Source: Kofleriaceae bacterium
GTDB taxonomy: Bacteria > Myxococcota_A > Polyangia > Haliangiales > Haliangiaceae
NCBI GenBank assembly: GCA_046597055.1
Contig: JBKJLC010000283.1
Coordinates: 25,180-89,179 of the forward strand
DNA length: 64,000 nt
Direction: 5' to 3'
Positions 1-10,391 of the stretch are shown in pieces (the first letter of the stretch is position 1; each line of letters opens with the position of its first letter). Made by a program: the position numbers and the translations under genes. Below the pieces are notes generated by a model that worked only from the letters and a program-made list of their open reading frames with translations, did not search any database and was not told the origin of the DNA.

Positions 1-642
1 GGCGCGGTGGTCGAAGTGACGGGCGTGGTGGTCATGATCGAAGGCGATGGTGGCCTGCACCTGACCGGCGAAGGGTTTGCCGATGCGACCGCGCTCGGGC
101 GACGCGTGGCGTCGATGGTTGCGCGCGTCCGCGACGGCGCGGCGACCCCGATCATCTACGTCTCGGCTGATCGCGACGCGCCCGCGGCGGCCCTCGCCAG
201 CGTCGCGGAGGTGATTCCGGGCGCGGTCACCGAGCGCCGCTTGCTCGTGCGTTCAAGTGCGCGGTCGACACTGGCGGCGGCCGAGCTCATCGATGTGCCG
301 AGCGTCGTAGCGCTACGCCGCCAGCTGGACGCGGCGCGCAGCGCAGCCGACGCCGCGGTCGCCTCAGCCGATGCGATGCGGCGCGGCTTCGGCGATCGGT
401 GCGCGTCGCTGGCCCGCGCCTTCGCCACGACGTGGCCGGCCGGAGCCCTCGAACGTGCGCGCTCCGTGCCGGCGGCGCTGCGTGACTGCCGTTGCGACGT
501 ACCCGACTTCGCCCTCGGCGCTTACGCGCTGCTTGCGGGGTCCGGCGCGCTCGACCCGCCACCCCGCTGGGTGCCGCTCCCCGCTCCACCGGCGCCGCCG
601 CGCGCCAGCGTTGCCGCATGGCTGGCGGCGCGTGGTCCGTGA
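1..642 (+). CDS. Hypothetical protein, 5'-truncated; possible ExbD/TolR-like segment
   Basis: Frame 1 is open from base 1 to TGA at 640-642. The segment IIYVSADRDAPAAAL resembles the ExbD periplasmic motif. Confidence 0.45.
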   Translation, partial: GAVVEVTGVVVMIEGDGGLHLTGEGFADATALGRRVASMVARVRDGAATPIIYVSADRDAPAAALASVAEVIPGAVTERRLLVRSSARSTLAAAELIDVPSVVALRRQLDAARSAADAAVASADAMRRGFGDRCASLARAFATTWPAGALERARSVPAALRDCRCDVPDFALGAYALLAGSGALDPPPRWVPLPAPPAPPRASVAAWLAARGP

Positions 643-786
643 CGGCGTCGAGCCTCCGTCGACGTAGCCGGGTGCGGGGCGCCAAACCTGACGGGCGGGC
701 CTTGGCCTCGACCCTTCGATGACGTCGCTACGAAGGGCAAGCTGATGGAGCCGCAGCTTGAGGCGCTGGAGGTCGTGGTCAGCCTC

Positions 787-836
787 GCACGAACCGGCAC
801 GAACCGGCACGACCCAGCACGACCCGGCACGAATCC
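787..836. repeat. Five tandem copies of a 10-bp unit (consensus GCACGAMCCG)
   Basis: gcacgaaccg gcacgaaccg gcacgaccca gcacgacccg gcacgaatcc, read directly. Confidence 0.9.
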
Positions 837-1135
837 GGGGAATAGTTCAGCCGACGGCACGCCGCCTCCGCCGCGCAGCTGCGCACGAGGCGCTCGGCCG
901 CACGTCGGTAGTCCCGCGGGGCTCGACGTCGCTGACGTCGGCATTGACTGGTGGCGGCCAGTCAAGGGGCTGCCGCGGCGGTGCTGACCGCTACCTCGGC
1001 GACGCTGGTGACCGCCCCTGCGGCAGGGATCCAGTAACGCGAGGCGTTGTCACCCCATGGCGCGGACGAAGGCTCGGGAGTGTAACCTGGTCTTGACTCA
1101 TACCCGTGGCTCAGCGACCGATCGAGAGTCCTGAC

Positions 1136-1197
1136 GTGCTGCCAAGGTGCTGCCACGCGGAACGGAACTGGACGGCTTCAGACGGGGCGGAGCGGGG
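1136..1197. repeat. GTGCTGCCA direct repeat (11-bp period) followed by a 5-bp periodic tract; resembles integrase arm-type sites
   Basis: gtgctgcca at 1136-1144 and 1147-1155, then cggaa cggaa ctgga cggct tcaga cgggg cggag cgggg. The att interpretation is inference. Confidence 0.5.
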
Positions 1198-1252
1198 TTC
1201 CAAGGTTGCGAAACTTGTGCAAGGTCCCGTCGTCAAAGAAAACCCGCCAACA

Positions 1253-1408
1253 GGGGACAGGTTCCTATAGTCCATCCTATGGGAACCAATGACATTTTCA
1301 GGGCCATGCCCCAGCGCGAGCCAGTCCCCGAGCGGCCAGAACGCCCTGGGGCAGTGGCCCTGAAAAGACGATTGTTCTTCGACTCTTACCAGGTAGGATC
1401 CTGTCCCC
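1253..1408. other. Nested inverted-repeat element (structured RNA or REP/MITE-like DNA element)
   Basis: Terminal IR GGGGACAGGTTCCTA (1253-1267) / TAGGATCCTGTCCCC (1394-1408). Internal hairpins at 1260-1287 (11 bp, one G-U pair on +) and 1295-1366 (about 20 bp). Confidence 0.7.
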
Positions 1409-2668
1409 ATGCGCTGGCTGCCGCTGATCGTCGCGAGCCTCCTGGCCGCGACCGCGGCGTGCGGAGACCGTCGGCCGGTCGCGCGGGTCAAGGCCGACGC
1501 GGGTCCCGAGGTGGCCCTGACCGCGGCCGATCCGCGGGCCAAGGCGGAGCCGGCTGGCGGCGAGGCGGTGCCGCTGGTCGGAACCTGCGCGGCGGCGACC
1601 TCCGACGACATGACCGACGACCGCCGGATCGACGCGATGCTCGACGAGGCCGGGCGTCAGCTCGAGCTGGCCGGGTGGGCCGACGCGTTCACCTGCGCCG
1701 ACATGGCGGCCGACCTGCAGCCGCGATCGATCGAGGCCCACCACCTGCGCGCGGCGGCGCTGGCCGGCGGCGGCCACGATGAGGCGGCGACGATCGCCTA
1801 CGGGATCGCGCTGGCGCTCGACCCCGAGGATCCCGAGACGCTGCGGGCCGCGGCCGACTTCTACATCAACGTCACCCGGGCCAAGACCCGGGATACCACC
1901 GGGCTCGGGCTCGAGCTGGCCCGACGCGGCTCGGCCCGGGCGACCGCCCGCCGGCGCGGCCAGCGCGAGCTGCGCGGCCAGCTGGCGCTGCTCGAGGCCC
2001 AGGCGCTGAACGACCTCGGCCACTCCGACGACGCGCTCGAGCGCGCGACCGAGGCGGTCCGGCTGTCGGCCGAGCTGATCGACGGCGTCCACGAGCGCGG
2101 CGTCGCGCTGTTCAACCTCGGCCGGTTCGCCGATGCCCGCGCGCAGTTCGAGCGGGTCCTGACCGCCGCGCCCGAGGACGCCTACGCCCACCACCTGCTC
2201 GGGCTGACCCTCGAGCAGACCGGCGCGCCGGCGGGGGCCGAGACGCACCTGGGCCGGGCCCGTGCGCTCGCCCCCGGCGAGTTCCCGGTGCCGGTCGTGA
2301 TCACGCGCGGCGAGATGGAGGCCGAGATCGCCCGGGTGGTCGCCGGCCTGCCGCTCGACCGCCAGGCGCGGCTGCGCGGCGTGCCGATCCAGGTCGTCGA
2401 CTTCCCGGACCCGATCGATCTCAAGTCGGTGTCGCCGCCGTTCCCGCCCACGATCCTCGGGCTCTATCGCGGCCTGCCGCTCGGGGTCGAGCCCCTGCCC
2501 GGCGAGGACGTTCCGGCCCGCACGATCCTGCTGTACCGGCTGAACCTGGCCCGCGCGGTCCGCACCCGCGCCGAGCTGTCCGAGCAGATCGAGCGCACGC
2601 TGCTGCACGAGATCGGCCACCTCGACGGACTCGACGAAGACGATCTGCGCCGCCGCGACCTGGAGTGA
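1409..2668 (+). CDS. Lipoprotein with TPR repeats and a C-terminal Zincin_1 (DUF1025) metallopeptidase-like domain
   Basis: Signal peptide with lipobox (LLAATAAC), TPR-like helices, and ILGLYRG...ILLYRLNL...[16 protein letters not shown] (HExxH). Confidence 0.85.
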   Translation: MRWLPLIVASLLAATAACGDRRPVARVKADAGPEVALTAADPRAKAEPAGGEAVPLVGTCAAATSDDMTDDRRIDAMLDEAGRQLELAGWADAFTCADMAADLQPRSIEAHHLRAAALAGGGHDEAATIAYGIALALDPEDPETLRAAADFYINVTRAKTRDTTGLGLELARRGSARATARRRGQRELRGQLALLEAQALNDLGHSDDALERATEAVRLSAELIDGVHERGVALFNLGRFADARAQFERVLTAAPEDAYAHHLLGLTLEQTGAPAGAETHLGRARALAPGEFPVPVVITRGEMEAEIARVVAGLPLDRQARLRGVPIQVVDFPDPIDLKSVSPPFPPTILGLYRGLPLGVEPLPGEDVPARTILLYRLNLARAVRTRAELSEQIERTLLHEIGHLDGLDEDDLRRRDLE

Positions 2669-4578
2669 CCGTGGCCGACCCGCGAGCGCCAACTGCGGTA
2701 GCCTGTGACCGCATGACCGCGCGGGAGCCCCTCCCCGATCACGGCGGACCCGAGGCGACCATCGCGGCGCTCGAGGCCGCGCTGCGTCGCGAGAAGAAGA
2801 AGCTCGAGCTGGTCAGCGAGGTTGGCAGCGCCCTGTCGAGCGCGCTCGACCTCGATCAGCTGCTCGCCCTCCTGATGGAGAAGGTGACCCAGCTGATGGA
2901 GGCCGACCGCTCGACCCTCTATCTGCTGTCCGAGGACGGCCGCGAGCTGTGGTCGAAGGTGGTGCAGGGCGGCGAGGTCCTCGAGATCCGGCTCAAGGTC
3001 GGCGAGGGCATGGCTGGCTGGGTCGCCTCGTCGGGCGAGGTGGTCAACATCGCCGACGCCTACCACGACACCCGGTTCCAGCCGGCGGTGGACCTGCGCT
3101 CGGGCTACCGCACGCGCTCGTGCCTGTCGGTGCCGATGCGCAACTCGATCGGCGTCATCGTCGGCGTGCTGCAGGTGCTGAACCGGCGCCCGGTCGGGCT
3201 CGACGGCGCCGGCCATGACCCCGACCGCGCCGATCGCACCGACGCGCCGTTCTCGGCCGACGACGTCGAGCTCTTGCTCGCGCTCGCCAGCCAGGCCGCA
3301 GTCGCGATCGAGAACTCCAAGCTGTACCTGTCGGTGGTCGCCAAGAACGTCGAGCTGGCCCAGGCCAAGGCCGACCTCGAGCAGAAGACCAACGAGCTCA
3401 ACGTCCTCTACGAGGTCGAGAAGGAGCTGTCGGCCGCGGTCGGGCTCGACCAGCTGCTCGACCGGATCTTGGCCCGCACCACCGACCTGCTCGACGCCGA
3501 GGCCGGCACGATCGCGCTGATCACGCCGGCGGGCGACGCGCTCGAGCTGGCCACCGTGCTGGGCCCGGCCGCCGACCGGCTGCGCAAGCAGCGACTCGCG
3601 CTCGGCCAGGGGCTGATCGGCTGGTCGATCGCGCAACGCAAGCCGGTGATGGTCGGCGACGCCGAGCACGACACCCGCCACGCGGCCGGGTTTGCCCGCG
3701 AGCACGGCGTCACCACCGGCACGCTGATGGTCGCGCCGGTGGTGTCCGACGACAGCGTGGTCGGCGCCATCGAGGTGATGGACAAGCGCAGCGGCAGCTT
3801 CGGCGAGGCCGACCTCAAGCTGCTCGAGTTGATCGCGGGCCAGATCGGCCAGGCGATCTCGCTGAGCCAGAGCCGCGACGAGCGCCGCGACCGCGACCGG
3901 CTGGCCTCGATCGGCCGGCTCATGGCCGGCGTGCTGCACGATCTGAAGACCCCGATGACGGTGATCTCCGGCTACGCCCAGCTGATGGCGCAGTGCGACG
4001 ACGCCGACCAGCGCGAGCGCCACGTCGAGAGCATCCTGCGCCAGTTCGACATCATGTCGGGCATGACCCGCGAGGTGCTGGCGTTCGCGCGCGGCGATCG
4101 CGACCTCATGATCCGCAAGGTGTACTTGCACCGGTTCGTCGACGAGGTCGTGACCCAGCTGCGCCACGCGTTCGCCGGCCGGCCGATCGACATCGAGGTC
4201 GACCTCGGCTTCGACGGCGCCTCGCACTTCGACGAGCAGAAGATCCTGCGGGTCCTCCACAACCTGGCCCGCAACGCGGCCGAGGCGATGGCCGGCGGCG
4301 GCAAGTTCACGCTGCGGACCCGGCTCGATGGCGATTCGCTGGTGTTCGAGGCGGTCGACAACGGGCCCGGCATCGAGCCCGCGATCCGGGCCCGCCTGTT
4401 CGAGCTGTTCGCGTCGGGCCGCAAGGGCGGCACCGGCCTCGGCCTCGCGATCGTGAAGAAGATCGTCGACGATCACGGCGGCGAGATCGCGTGCGACACC
4501 GGGCCGGGCGGCACCACCTTCACGATCCACATCCCGCACCGCAGCACGCGCACGGGAGAGTTCCCGCCGGTCCGGTGA
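2665..4578 (+). CDS. Cytoplasmic sensor histidine kinase with two GAF domains
   Basis: Two GAF repeats, H-box [10 protein letters not shown]-box [10 protein letters not shown]-boxes DNGPGI and GGTGLGL. GTG overlaps the upstream TGA; alternative ATG at 2713. Confidence 0.92.
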   Translation: MTVADPRAPTAVACDRMTAREPLPDHGGPEATIAALEAALRREKKKLELVSEVGSALSSALDLDQLLALLMEKVTQLMEADRSTLYLLSEDGRELWSKVVQGGEVLEIRLKVGEGMAGWVASSGEVVNIADAYHDTRFQPAVDLRSGYRTRSCLSVPMRNSIGVIVGVLQVLNRRPVGLDGAGHDPDRADRTDAPFSADDVELLLALASQAAVAIENSKLYLSVVAKNVELAQAKADLEQKTNELNVLYEVEKELSAAVGLDQLLDRILARTTDLLDAEAGTIALITPAGDALELATVLGPAADRLRKQRLALGQGLIGWSIAQRKPVMVGDAEHDTRHAAGFAREHGVTTGTLMVAPVVSDDSVVGAIEVMDKRSGSFGEADLKLLELIAGQIGQAISLSQSRDERRDRDRLASIGRLMAGVLHDLKTPMTVISGYAQLMAQCDDADQRERHVESILRQFDIMSGMTREVLAFARGDRDLMIRKVYLHRFVDEVVTQLRHAFAGRPIDIEVDLGFDGASHFDEQKILRVLHNLARNAAEAMAGGGKFTLRTRLDGDSLVFEAVDNGPGIEPAIRARLFELFASGRKGGTGLGLAIVKKIVDDHGGEIACDTGPGGTTFTIHIPHRSTRTGEFPPVR

Positions 4579-5354
4579 TGGCGGTCGGGGCGACCGCCGA
4601 CGACGGGGGCGCGGGGGGCCTGGTGCTGGCCGGGGTGTCGGTGCGGCTGGGCCGCCGCCAGGTCCTGGCCGGGGTCGGGTTCACGGTCGCCGCCGGCCGG
4701 CTGTGCGCGCTGTGCGGCGGCAACGGCGCCGGCAAGACCACGCTGTGCCGCATCGTCGCGGGTTACCTCGATGCCGACGCCGGCGCGGTGCGGGTCGGCG
4801 GCATCGATCGGGCCGCGGCGCCGCGGGCGGCCGCCGCCCAGGTCGCCTATCTCCCCGAGCACGCGCCGCTGCCGGCCGAGCTCACGGTCGCCGAGTACCT
4901 GACCCACCGGGCCAACCTGCGCGGGGTCGCCCGCCGCGACCGCGCCGACGCGATCGAGCGCGCGCTGGCCCAGGTCGCGATCACCGATCGCCGCGGCGAC
5001 GTGATCGCGCGGCTGTCGAAGGGGCTGCGCCAGCGGGTGGCGCTGGCCGCGGCGGTCCTGGGCGACCCGCCGGTGCTGGTGCTCGACGAGCCGGCCGCCG
5101 GCCTCGACGAGCTGCAGCGGGTCGAGCTGCGCCGGCTGCTGCGCGAGCTGTCCGGTCACCGGACGGTCCTGTGGTCGACCCACGAGCTCGGCGACGTCGA
5201 CGCCGCCGCCGATCAGGTGGTGGTGCTGGCCGCCGGTCGGGTGGTCGCCGACGGCGACCTGGCCGCGGTCAAGGCCGCCGCCGGCCTCGACCCGTCGGCG
5301 CCGCTGCGCGACGCGGTGGTCGCGCTCGGGGCCGGGCCCGGGAGCCCGCCATGA
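4578..5354 (+). CDS. ABC transporter ATP-binding protein (GldA-like)
   Basis: Walker A GGNGAGKTT, signature LSKGLRQR, Walker B VLVLDEP. ATG overlaps the kinase stop (TGATG). Confidence 0.9.
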   Translation: MAVGATADDGGAGGLVLAGVSVRLGRRQVLAGVGFTVAAGRLCALCGGNGAGKTTLCRIVAGYLDADAGAVRVGGIDRAAAPRAAAAQVAYLPEHAPLPAELTVAEYLTHRANLRGVARRDRADAIERALAQVAITDRRGDVIARLSKGLRQRVALAAAVLGDPPVLVLDEPAAGLDELQRVELRRLLRELSGHRTVLWSTHELGDVDAAADQVVVLAAGRVVADGDLAAVKAAAGLDPSAPLRDAVVALGAGPGSPP

Positions 5355-7609
5355 CCGCGCCCGGGTGGCCGCGGGCCGCGGGCGAGGTCGCCCGCAAGGA
5401 GCTGACGATCTACCTGCGCTCGCCGATCGCCCTGGTGGTGGCGGCCGCGTTCCTGGTCCTCGAGGGCGCGTCGTTCACGGCGCTGGTCGCGGTGCTGGCC
5501 GACCCGACCCGGCCGGCGCCGCTCGGCGCGGTGCTCGAGGGCCACTTCGGCGGCACGCTGCTGCACTGGACGCTGCAGCTCACCGTGCTGGCCGCGCTGG
5601 CCGCGCGGATCGCCGAGGAGCGCCGGGCCGGGACCTGGGAGGCGCTGGTGACCGCCCCGGTGCCCGAGGGCGCGGCGATCACCGGCGCGTGGCTGGCCGC
5701 GCTGGCGTTCTACGCGCTCTTGTGGCTGCCGACCCTGGGCTACGTCGCGGTCCTGGTCCACTTCGCGCCGGCCGGGGTCACCCTCGACCCCGGGCCGCTG
5801 GCGACCGCGTACGTCGGTGAGGTCGCGATCGGGGCCGCCGCGCTGGCGCTGGCGCTGGCGGCGGGCGCGTGGTCGGCGCAGCCGCTGGTGGCGACCATCG
5901 CCGGCTTCGGCGTGCTGCTGGCGTGGCTCATCGTCGGCGAGCTGCCGGCGATGTGGCCGGAGCTGGCCCGGTCGTCGCCGACCGTGGCCGCGGTGCTCGA
6001 CCGCGGCGGGCCGCGCGCGATCCTGGCGGCGCTCGCCCGCGGCGAGGTGCGCTGGGAGTCGCTGGCCGCGCTGGCCGCGCTCACCGCCGGTGGCCTGCGG
6101 ATCGCGACCGCGATGGTGGCGGTCGGGCGCCGCCGGGCCGGCGTGGTGCCGGCCGGCGCCGCCGAGGGCGTCTTGCTCGCGGTCGCGCTGGGGCTGACCG
6201 CGGTGCTGCTCGGACGCGCGTTCGCGCCGTGGGACGTGACCGCGGCCCGACGCAACTCGCTCGAGGCCGCGACCCTCACGGTGCTGGCGCGGATCGCCGA
6301 CCCGGTCACCGCGACCGTCATCCGGCCCGGCCTCTCCGAGCTCGATCCGGTGTTCGCCGAGGTCAGCCGCGTGCTCGGGCGGATGGCGGTCGCCCAGCCG
6401 GCGCTGCGCGTGGTCGGCTGGGATCCGGCCGCCGATCCCACCGCGGTGCCGGCGGCCGCGGCCAGCGCCGCGATCGACGAGCAGCAGCTGATCCGCGGCG
6501 GCGCGGTCATCCTCACGCGCGGCCCGCGCCGGCGCGCGGTGTCGCTGCTCGATCTGGCCAGCATCGGCACCGACGTCCTCGACGCGCCGGCGGTGCATAC
6601 CCTGCGGATCGAGGCAGCGCTGGCCCAGGCGCTGGCCGAGCTGGCGTCCGACGTGCCGGTCCGGGTGTGCGCGACCACCGGCCACGGCGAGCTGCCGGTG
6701 AGCGCGCCGCCCGACGAGCGCGCGGGCGGCGGCGGCTGGGGCAGCTGGGCGCCGGTCGCCGATCGGCTGCGCGCCGACGGCATGACCGTCGACACCGTCG
6801 AGCTGACGGGCGGGGTCCCGGCCGCGTGCCGGGTGGTCGCGGTGATCGGCCCGATCGCGCCGCTGGCGCCGGCCGAGGCGCTGGCGATCGCCGGCTTCCT
6901 CGAGCGCGGCGGTGGCCTGCTGGTCGCGCTGGCCGGGCGCGACGTCGGCGGCGGCGCCGGCGGGGGCGGGGCCCTGGCGCCCACCGGGCTCGAGGCCGTC
7001 CTCGCCGACTGGGGCGTGCGGACGCCGGCCGCGTGGGTGGTCGATCCATCGCTGGCGGTCACGCTGCCGCTCGCGCTGCGGGTGGTCGAGGGCTACGCCG
7101 ATCATCCGATCACGGCCGGGTTCGCCGGCCGGCGCTACACGGTGTGGCAGCGCGCGCGGCCGGTCCTGATCGACGACGGCACCGCGCTGGTGCAGACCAC
7201 CGCCGCTGGCTGGGCCGAGACCGAGCTGTCGTCGGCGCCGAGCCGCGACGCCCGCGATCTGGCCGGGCCGGTGACCCTGGCCGCAGCGGTCGCGCGCGCG
7301 GCCGACCCCGCGGCAGGTTCGGCAGCGGCGCGGGCCGGCGGGCGCCTGGTTGTGCTGGGCAGCGCCGAGGGCCTGGCCGCCATCTACGCCGAGCGCGGCC
7401 ACGGCGGCGACCTGCTGGCGGCCCAGGCGATCGGCTGGCTGGCGGGGCGGGTCGCGCCGGTCGCGGTCGCGGCCAAGAACCCCGAGGCGGTCCGGCTCTT
7501 GATGTCGACCCGCGAGCGGCGCGCGGTGGCCGCGGTGGTGATCGCGATCGTGCCGCTGGTCGCGGTCGCGCTCCTGTGGCTGGCCGGGCGCCGGCGGCGG
7601 GCGCGATGA
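5351..7609 (+). CDS. Fused ABC-2 permease / GldG-family auxiliary protein (GldF-GldG-like)
   Basis: ARKELTIYLRSP, EERRAGTWEALVTAP, WDVTAARRNSL, TTGHGE and HPITAG motifs. ATGA overlap with the ATPase. Confidence 0.85.
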   Translation: MTAPGWPRAAGEVARKELTIYLRSPIALVVAAAFLVLEGASFTALVAVLADPTRPAPLGAVLEGHFGGTLLHWTLQLTVLAALAARIAEERRAGTWEALVTAPVPEGAAITGAWLAALAFYALLWLPTLGYVAVLVHFAPAGVTLDPGPLATAYVGEVAIGAAALALALAAGAWSAQPLVATIAGFGVLLAWLIVGELPAMWPELARSSPTVAAVLDRGGPRAILAALARGEVRWESLAALAALTAGGLRIATAMVAVGRRRAGVVPAGAAEGVLLAVALGLTAVLLGRAFAPWDVTAARRNSLEAATLTVLARIADPVTATVIRPGLSELDPVFAEVSRVLGRMAVAQPALRVVGWDPAADPTAVPAAAASAAIDEQQLIRGGAVILTRGPRRRAVSLLDLASIGTDVLDAPAVHTLRIEAALAQALAELASDVPVRVCATTGHGELPVSAPPDERAGGGGWGSWAPVADRLRADGMTVDTVELTGGVPAACRVVAVIGPIAPLAPAEALAIAGFLERGGGLLVALAGRDVGGGAGGGGALAPTGLEAVLADWGVRTPAAWVVDPSLAVTLPLALRVVEGYADHPITAGFAGRRYTVWQRARPVLIDDGTALVQTTAAGWAETELSSAPSRDARDLAGPVTLAAAVARAADPAAGSAAARAGGRLVVLGSAEGLAAIYAERGHGGDLLAAQAIGWLAGRVAPVAVAAKNPEAVRLLMSTRERRAVAAVVIAIVPLVAVALLWLAGRRRRAR

Positions 7610-9273
7610 CGGCGCGGCTGCTCGGGCTGACCGCCCTGTGCCTCCTGCTCGCGGCCGCGGTGGCGATCACCGGCGAGCGCCGCGGCGTGATCGGCCGCCC
7701 GCTGGTCGTGCCGGGGCTGGCGCTGGCGCAGGTGACCCGGCTCGAGCTGGCGCGCGCCGACGCCGCGCCGATCGTCGTCGACCTCGGCGCGCACGGGGCC
7801 CAGGTGACCGCGCCGGTGCCGGGGCCGGCCGACGAGGCGGTGGTGCGCGACCTGGTGTCGGCGCTGGCCGCGGCCCGCGCCGATCGGGTCACCCGCGACC
7901 GCGGTGCGTGGCAGCGGGCGGGGCTCGACACGCCACGCCTGATCGTGCGGCTGACGCGCGGGCCGGGTGCGCTCGAGGTCCGGCTCGGCGCGGCGCAGCC
8001 GGCGAGCTCGCAGGTGTGGCTCGGCGTCGACGGGACCGCGCTGCTGGTGCCGGCCTGGGTCGCCGACGCGCTCGATCGCGAGCTGCCAGCGCTGCGCCGC
8101 CGCCGACCGTTCGCGGTGACGCGGGTGACCGGCCTCGAGCTGCACGGCACCGAGCCCCCGATCGATCTCGTCCTCGCCGGCGATCCGCTGATCCGCCGCG
8201 ACGACGGCGCCGGCGCCCGGGTCGCCGCGCGGCCGCGCGACCGACTGCTGGCCGCGCTGGCCGGGCTCGAGCTCGAGGTCCTGGTCGATGGCCCCCGCGA
8301 TCGCCCGGTGCTCACCGTGCGCGTGCTCGGCGGCGCGAGCCCGGCCGAGCTGGCGGTCCACGGACCGTGCCCGGGACATGCCGACCACGTGCTGGTCGAG
8401 GGCGCGGCCGGGATCGGCTGCGTGCCGGCCGCCGGGGTGGCGGCCGTGCGCGCCGCGGCCGCCGAGGTCGCCGGTCCCGAGGGCATCGCGCGCGCGCCGC
8501 TCGATGGCGCCGCGCCGACCGCGATCACGCTCGGCCCCGCCGGCGGCGGCGAGCCGCTGATGCTATCCCGCACCGGTGCCGCCTGGCAGCTCGCCCGCGG
8601 CGGCGCGCGCTGGTCGGCCGACGACGACGCGGTGCGAGCGCTGCTCGAGGCGCTGGCGCGACCGGCGACCCTGGCCCCGGTCCCGCCGGGCCCGGTGGCC
8701 GCGCGGTGGACCGTCGACCTGCCGGGTGGTGCGGTCGAGGGGTGGGAGCTGCGGCCGGTCGGTGATGCCATGACCGTGCGCCGGGCCGGTGAGCCGCGCG
8801 CGCTGGTGCTCGACGCCAGCGCCAGCCGCACGATGGCCGCGCTGGTCGGGACCGCGGGCGGCCTGGCCCTGCGGGGCCGCACCGTGCTCGTCATCGAACC
8901 GACCGCGCTGGCGCGGGTGGTCGCCACCGGCGCCGCTCCCGCCGAGCTCGAGCGCGGCGCGACCCTCGATGCCTGGCAGGTCATCGCGCCGGGCGGATCG
9001 GTCGCGACCCCGGGTGTCGAAGCGCTCGTCGATGCGCTCGCGACCCTGCGCGCCACCGCGTGGCTGGGCGCCAGCGAGCTCGGTCGGGTTCGCCGCACGC
9101 TGGCCATCACCGTCGATCCCGAGCCCTCGCCGGGCGCGCAGCCGACTCGACACACGATCGAGATCGGCGCGGCCCGCTCCCGCGGTCGCTGTGCCGCGCG
9201 GGTCGATGCCGGCGATCCGGTCGAGCTGGCCGCCGCCGACTGTGCGCTCATGCTCGGTGTGCTCGCCCGCTGA
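7606..9273 (+). CDS. DUF4340-domain protein
   Basis: N-terminal TM segment, repeated PVPGPAD..V..LVSAL and GLDTP motifs, usual position after Gld-like ABC genes, ATGA overlap. Confidence 0.7.
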   Translation: MTARLLGLTALCLLLAAAVAITGERRGVIGRPLVVPGLALAQVTRLELARADAAPIVVDLGAHGAQVTAPVPGPADEAVVRDLVSALAAARADRVTRDRGAWQRAGLDTPRLIVRLTRGPGALEVRLGAAQPASSQVWLGVDGTALLVPAWVADALDRELPALRRRRPFAVTRVTGLELHGTEPPIDLVLAGDPLIRRDDGAGARVAARPRDRLLAALAGLELEVLVDGPRDRPVLTVRVLGGASPAELAVHGPCPGHADHVLVEGAAGIGCVPAAGVAAVRAAAAEVAGPEGIARAPLDGAAPTAITLGPAGGGEPLMLSRTGAAWQLARGGARWSADDDAVRALLEALARPATLAPVPPGPVAARWTVDLPGGAVEGWELRPVGDAMTVRRAGEPRALVLDASASRTMAALVGTAGGLALRGRTVLVIEPTALARVVATGAAPAELERGATLDAWQVIAPGGSVATPGVEALVDALATLRATAWLGASELGRVRRTLAITVDPEPSPGAQPTRHTIEIGAARSRGRCAARVDAGDPVELAAADCALMLGVLAR

Positions 9274-9323
9274 TGGTCGATTGACACGATCGCTCATTTG
9301 CGCTTCGAGCGACCAGCGCTCTA

Positions 9324-10271
9324 ATGCGGCTCATGAAGATGCTTAGATTGTCCACTGTGCTGCTGAGCGCGGCGCTCGTGCTGGGATGCAAGGCCAAGGA
9401 GAAGGAGCCGGCCCCGGTCCCGACCGCGACCACCTACGATGCCGCGACGGGTGCGATGACGCCCGTCGCTGACGCCGCCGCCGCCGGTGACCCGGCGACC
9501 GCCGGCGACCCGTCGTTCCCGCTCTCGCCCGGCGAGACCTACTTTGGTGGCAAGGTCGTCGCGACCAACCTGCTCGAGTGGAAGGTCTCCGACGGTACGG
9601 TCATCAAGCTGGGCATCGTCACCACCGGCAAGGGCGACCAGGAAGGCCACGAGAAGGGCGTCCTGCGCGCGTACTACGACGGCAAGGGCCACGATCTCCA
9701 GACCTACTCGATCCACACGACGGCCGAGCACTGGGCCGATCTGAAGACGCTGCCCAACGACCGCGCGCTGTTCCGGTATGGCCAGCAGGGCGACGGGCAC
9801 CGCAACCGCAACGCGGTGGTGCTGCGCTGGGATCCCGGCACCAAGCAGGTGGTGGTCGCCAAGCGTTGGGCCGGCCCCGGCAAGGCCGAGGAGCCGGCCT
9901 GGCTCGCGACCGGCGAGTACAAGGCGCCGACCGAATCCCAGGATCTCTGCGCGAAGATCGTCGCGCGCATGGTCAGCTGCGAGAAGGATCCCAAGTTCCG
10001 CGAGGCGCTGTTCCGGAACCTCGACGCCGCCAACCGTCCCGGCGTGGAGAAGGACTTCGAGGGCAACATCGCGCGCTGGAAGAAGCCGGCCGAGGCCAAG
10101 GCCCAGTGCCAGAAGTGGGCGAGCGACGAGTACGTCGAGACCCACTTCTCCGAGGTCGCCGCGCTCCAGGTGATGGCCGACGAGACCAAGCTCGACTGCG
10201 AGTTCTTTGGCCGCGAGATCGACGACGGCGGCGGTCTCCCGCGGCCGATCGCCGCCGCGCCGACCAAGTGA
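9324..10271 (+). CDS. Hypothetical lipoprotein
   Basis: Lipobox LVLGC, strongly coding codon usage, C-terminal Cys-containing helical region. Start may be ATG 9333. Confidence 0.8.
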   Translation: MRLMKMLRLSTVLLSAALVLGCKAKEKEPAPVPTATTYDAATGAMTPVADAAAAGDPATAGDPSFPLSPGETYFGGKVVATNLLEWKVSDGTVIKLGIVTTGKGDQEGHEKGVLRAYYDGKGHDLQTYSIHTTAEHWADLKTLPNDRALFRYGQQGDGHRNRNAVVLRWDPGTKQVVVAKRWAGPGKAEEPAWLATGEYKAPTESQDLCAKIVARMVSCEKDPKFREALFRNLDAANRPGVEKDFEGNIARWKKPAEAKAQCQKWASDEYVETHFSEVAALQVMADETKLDCEFFGREIDDGGGLPRPIAAAPTK

Positions 10272-10316
10272 ACCGGGCCGGCCCGGCCGGCACCGCCGCG
10301 CGCCACTGATGGACGA

Positions 10317-10349
10317 CCGGGACGAAGGCCGCGCCGGCCCTCGTCCCGG
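10317..10349. terminator. GC-rich hairpin between convergent genes
   Basis: CCGGGACGA/TCGTCCCGG stem plus inner GGCC/GGCC. No U-tract. Confidence 0.35.
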
Positions 10350-10391
10350 GCCCGCGCGTGACCGCGGGTTCCGATCGCGGGACGGGCAGGG

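Noticed and set aside
787..836. Tandem repeat as a CRISPR array
   Set aside because: The units are only 10 bp, there are no spacers, and no cas genes are present.
745..987. 80-aa ORF spanning the tandem repeats
   Set aside because: Atypical codon usage, no RBS, and it is built from repeat DNA, so it is more likely non-coding.
1253..1408. Retron msr-msd, 6S RNA or tRNA assignment for the inverted-repeat element
   Set aside because: There is no reverse transcriptase nearby and no cloverleaf or TTCGA loop. The short GCCAGTCCCC similarity to 6S is in the wrong position. Left unassigned pending an Rfam scan.
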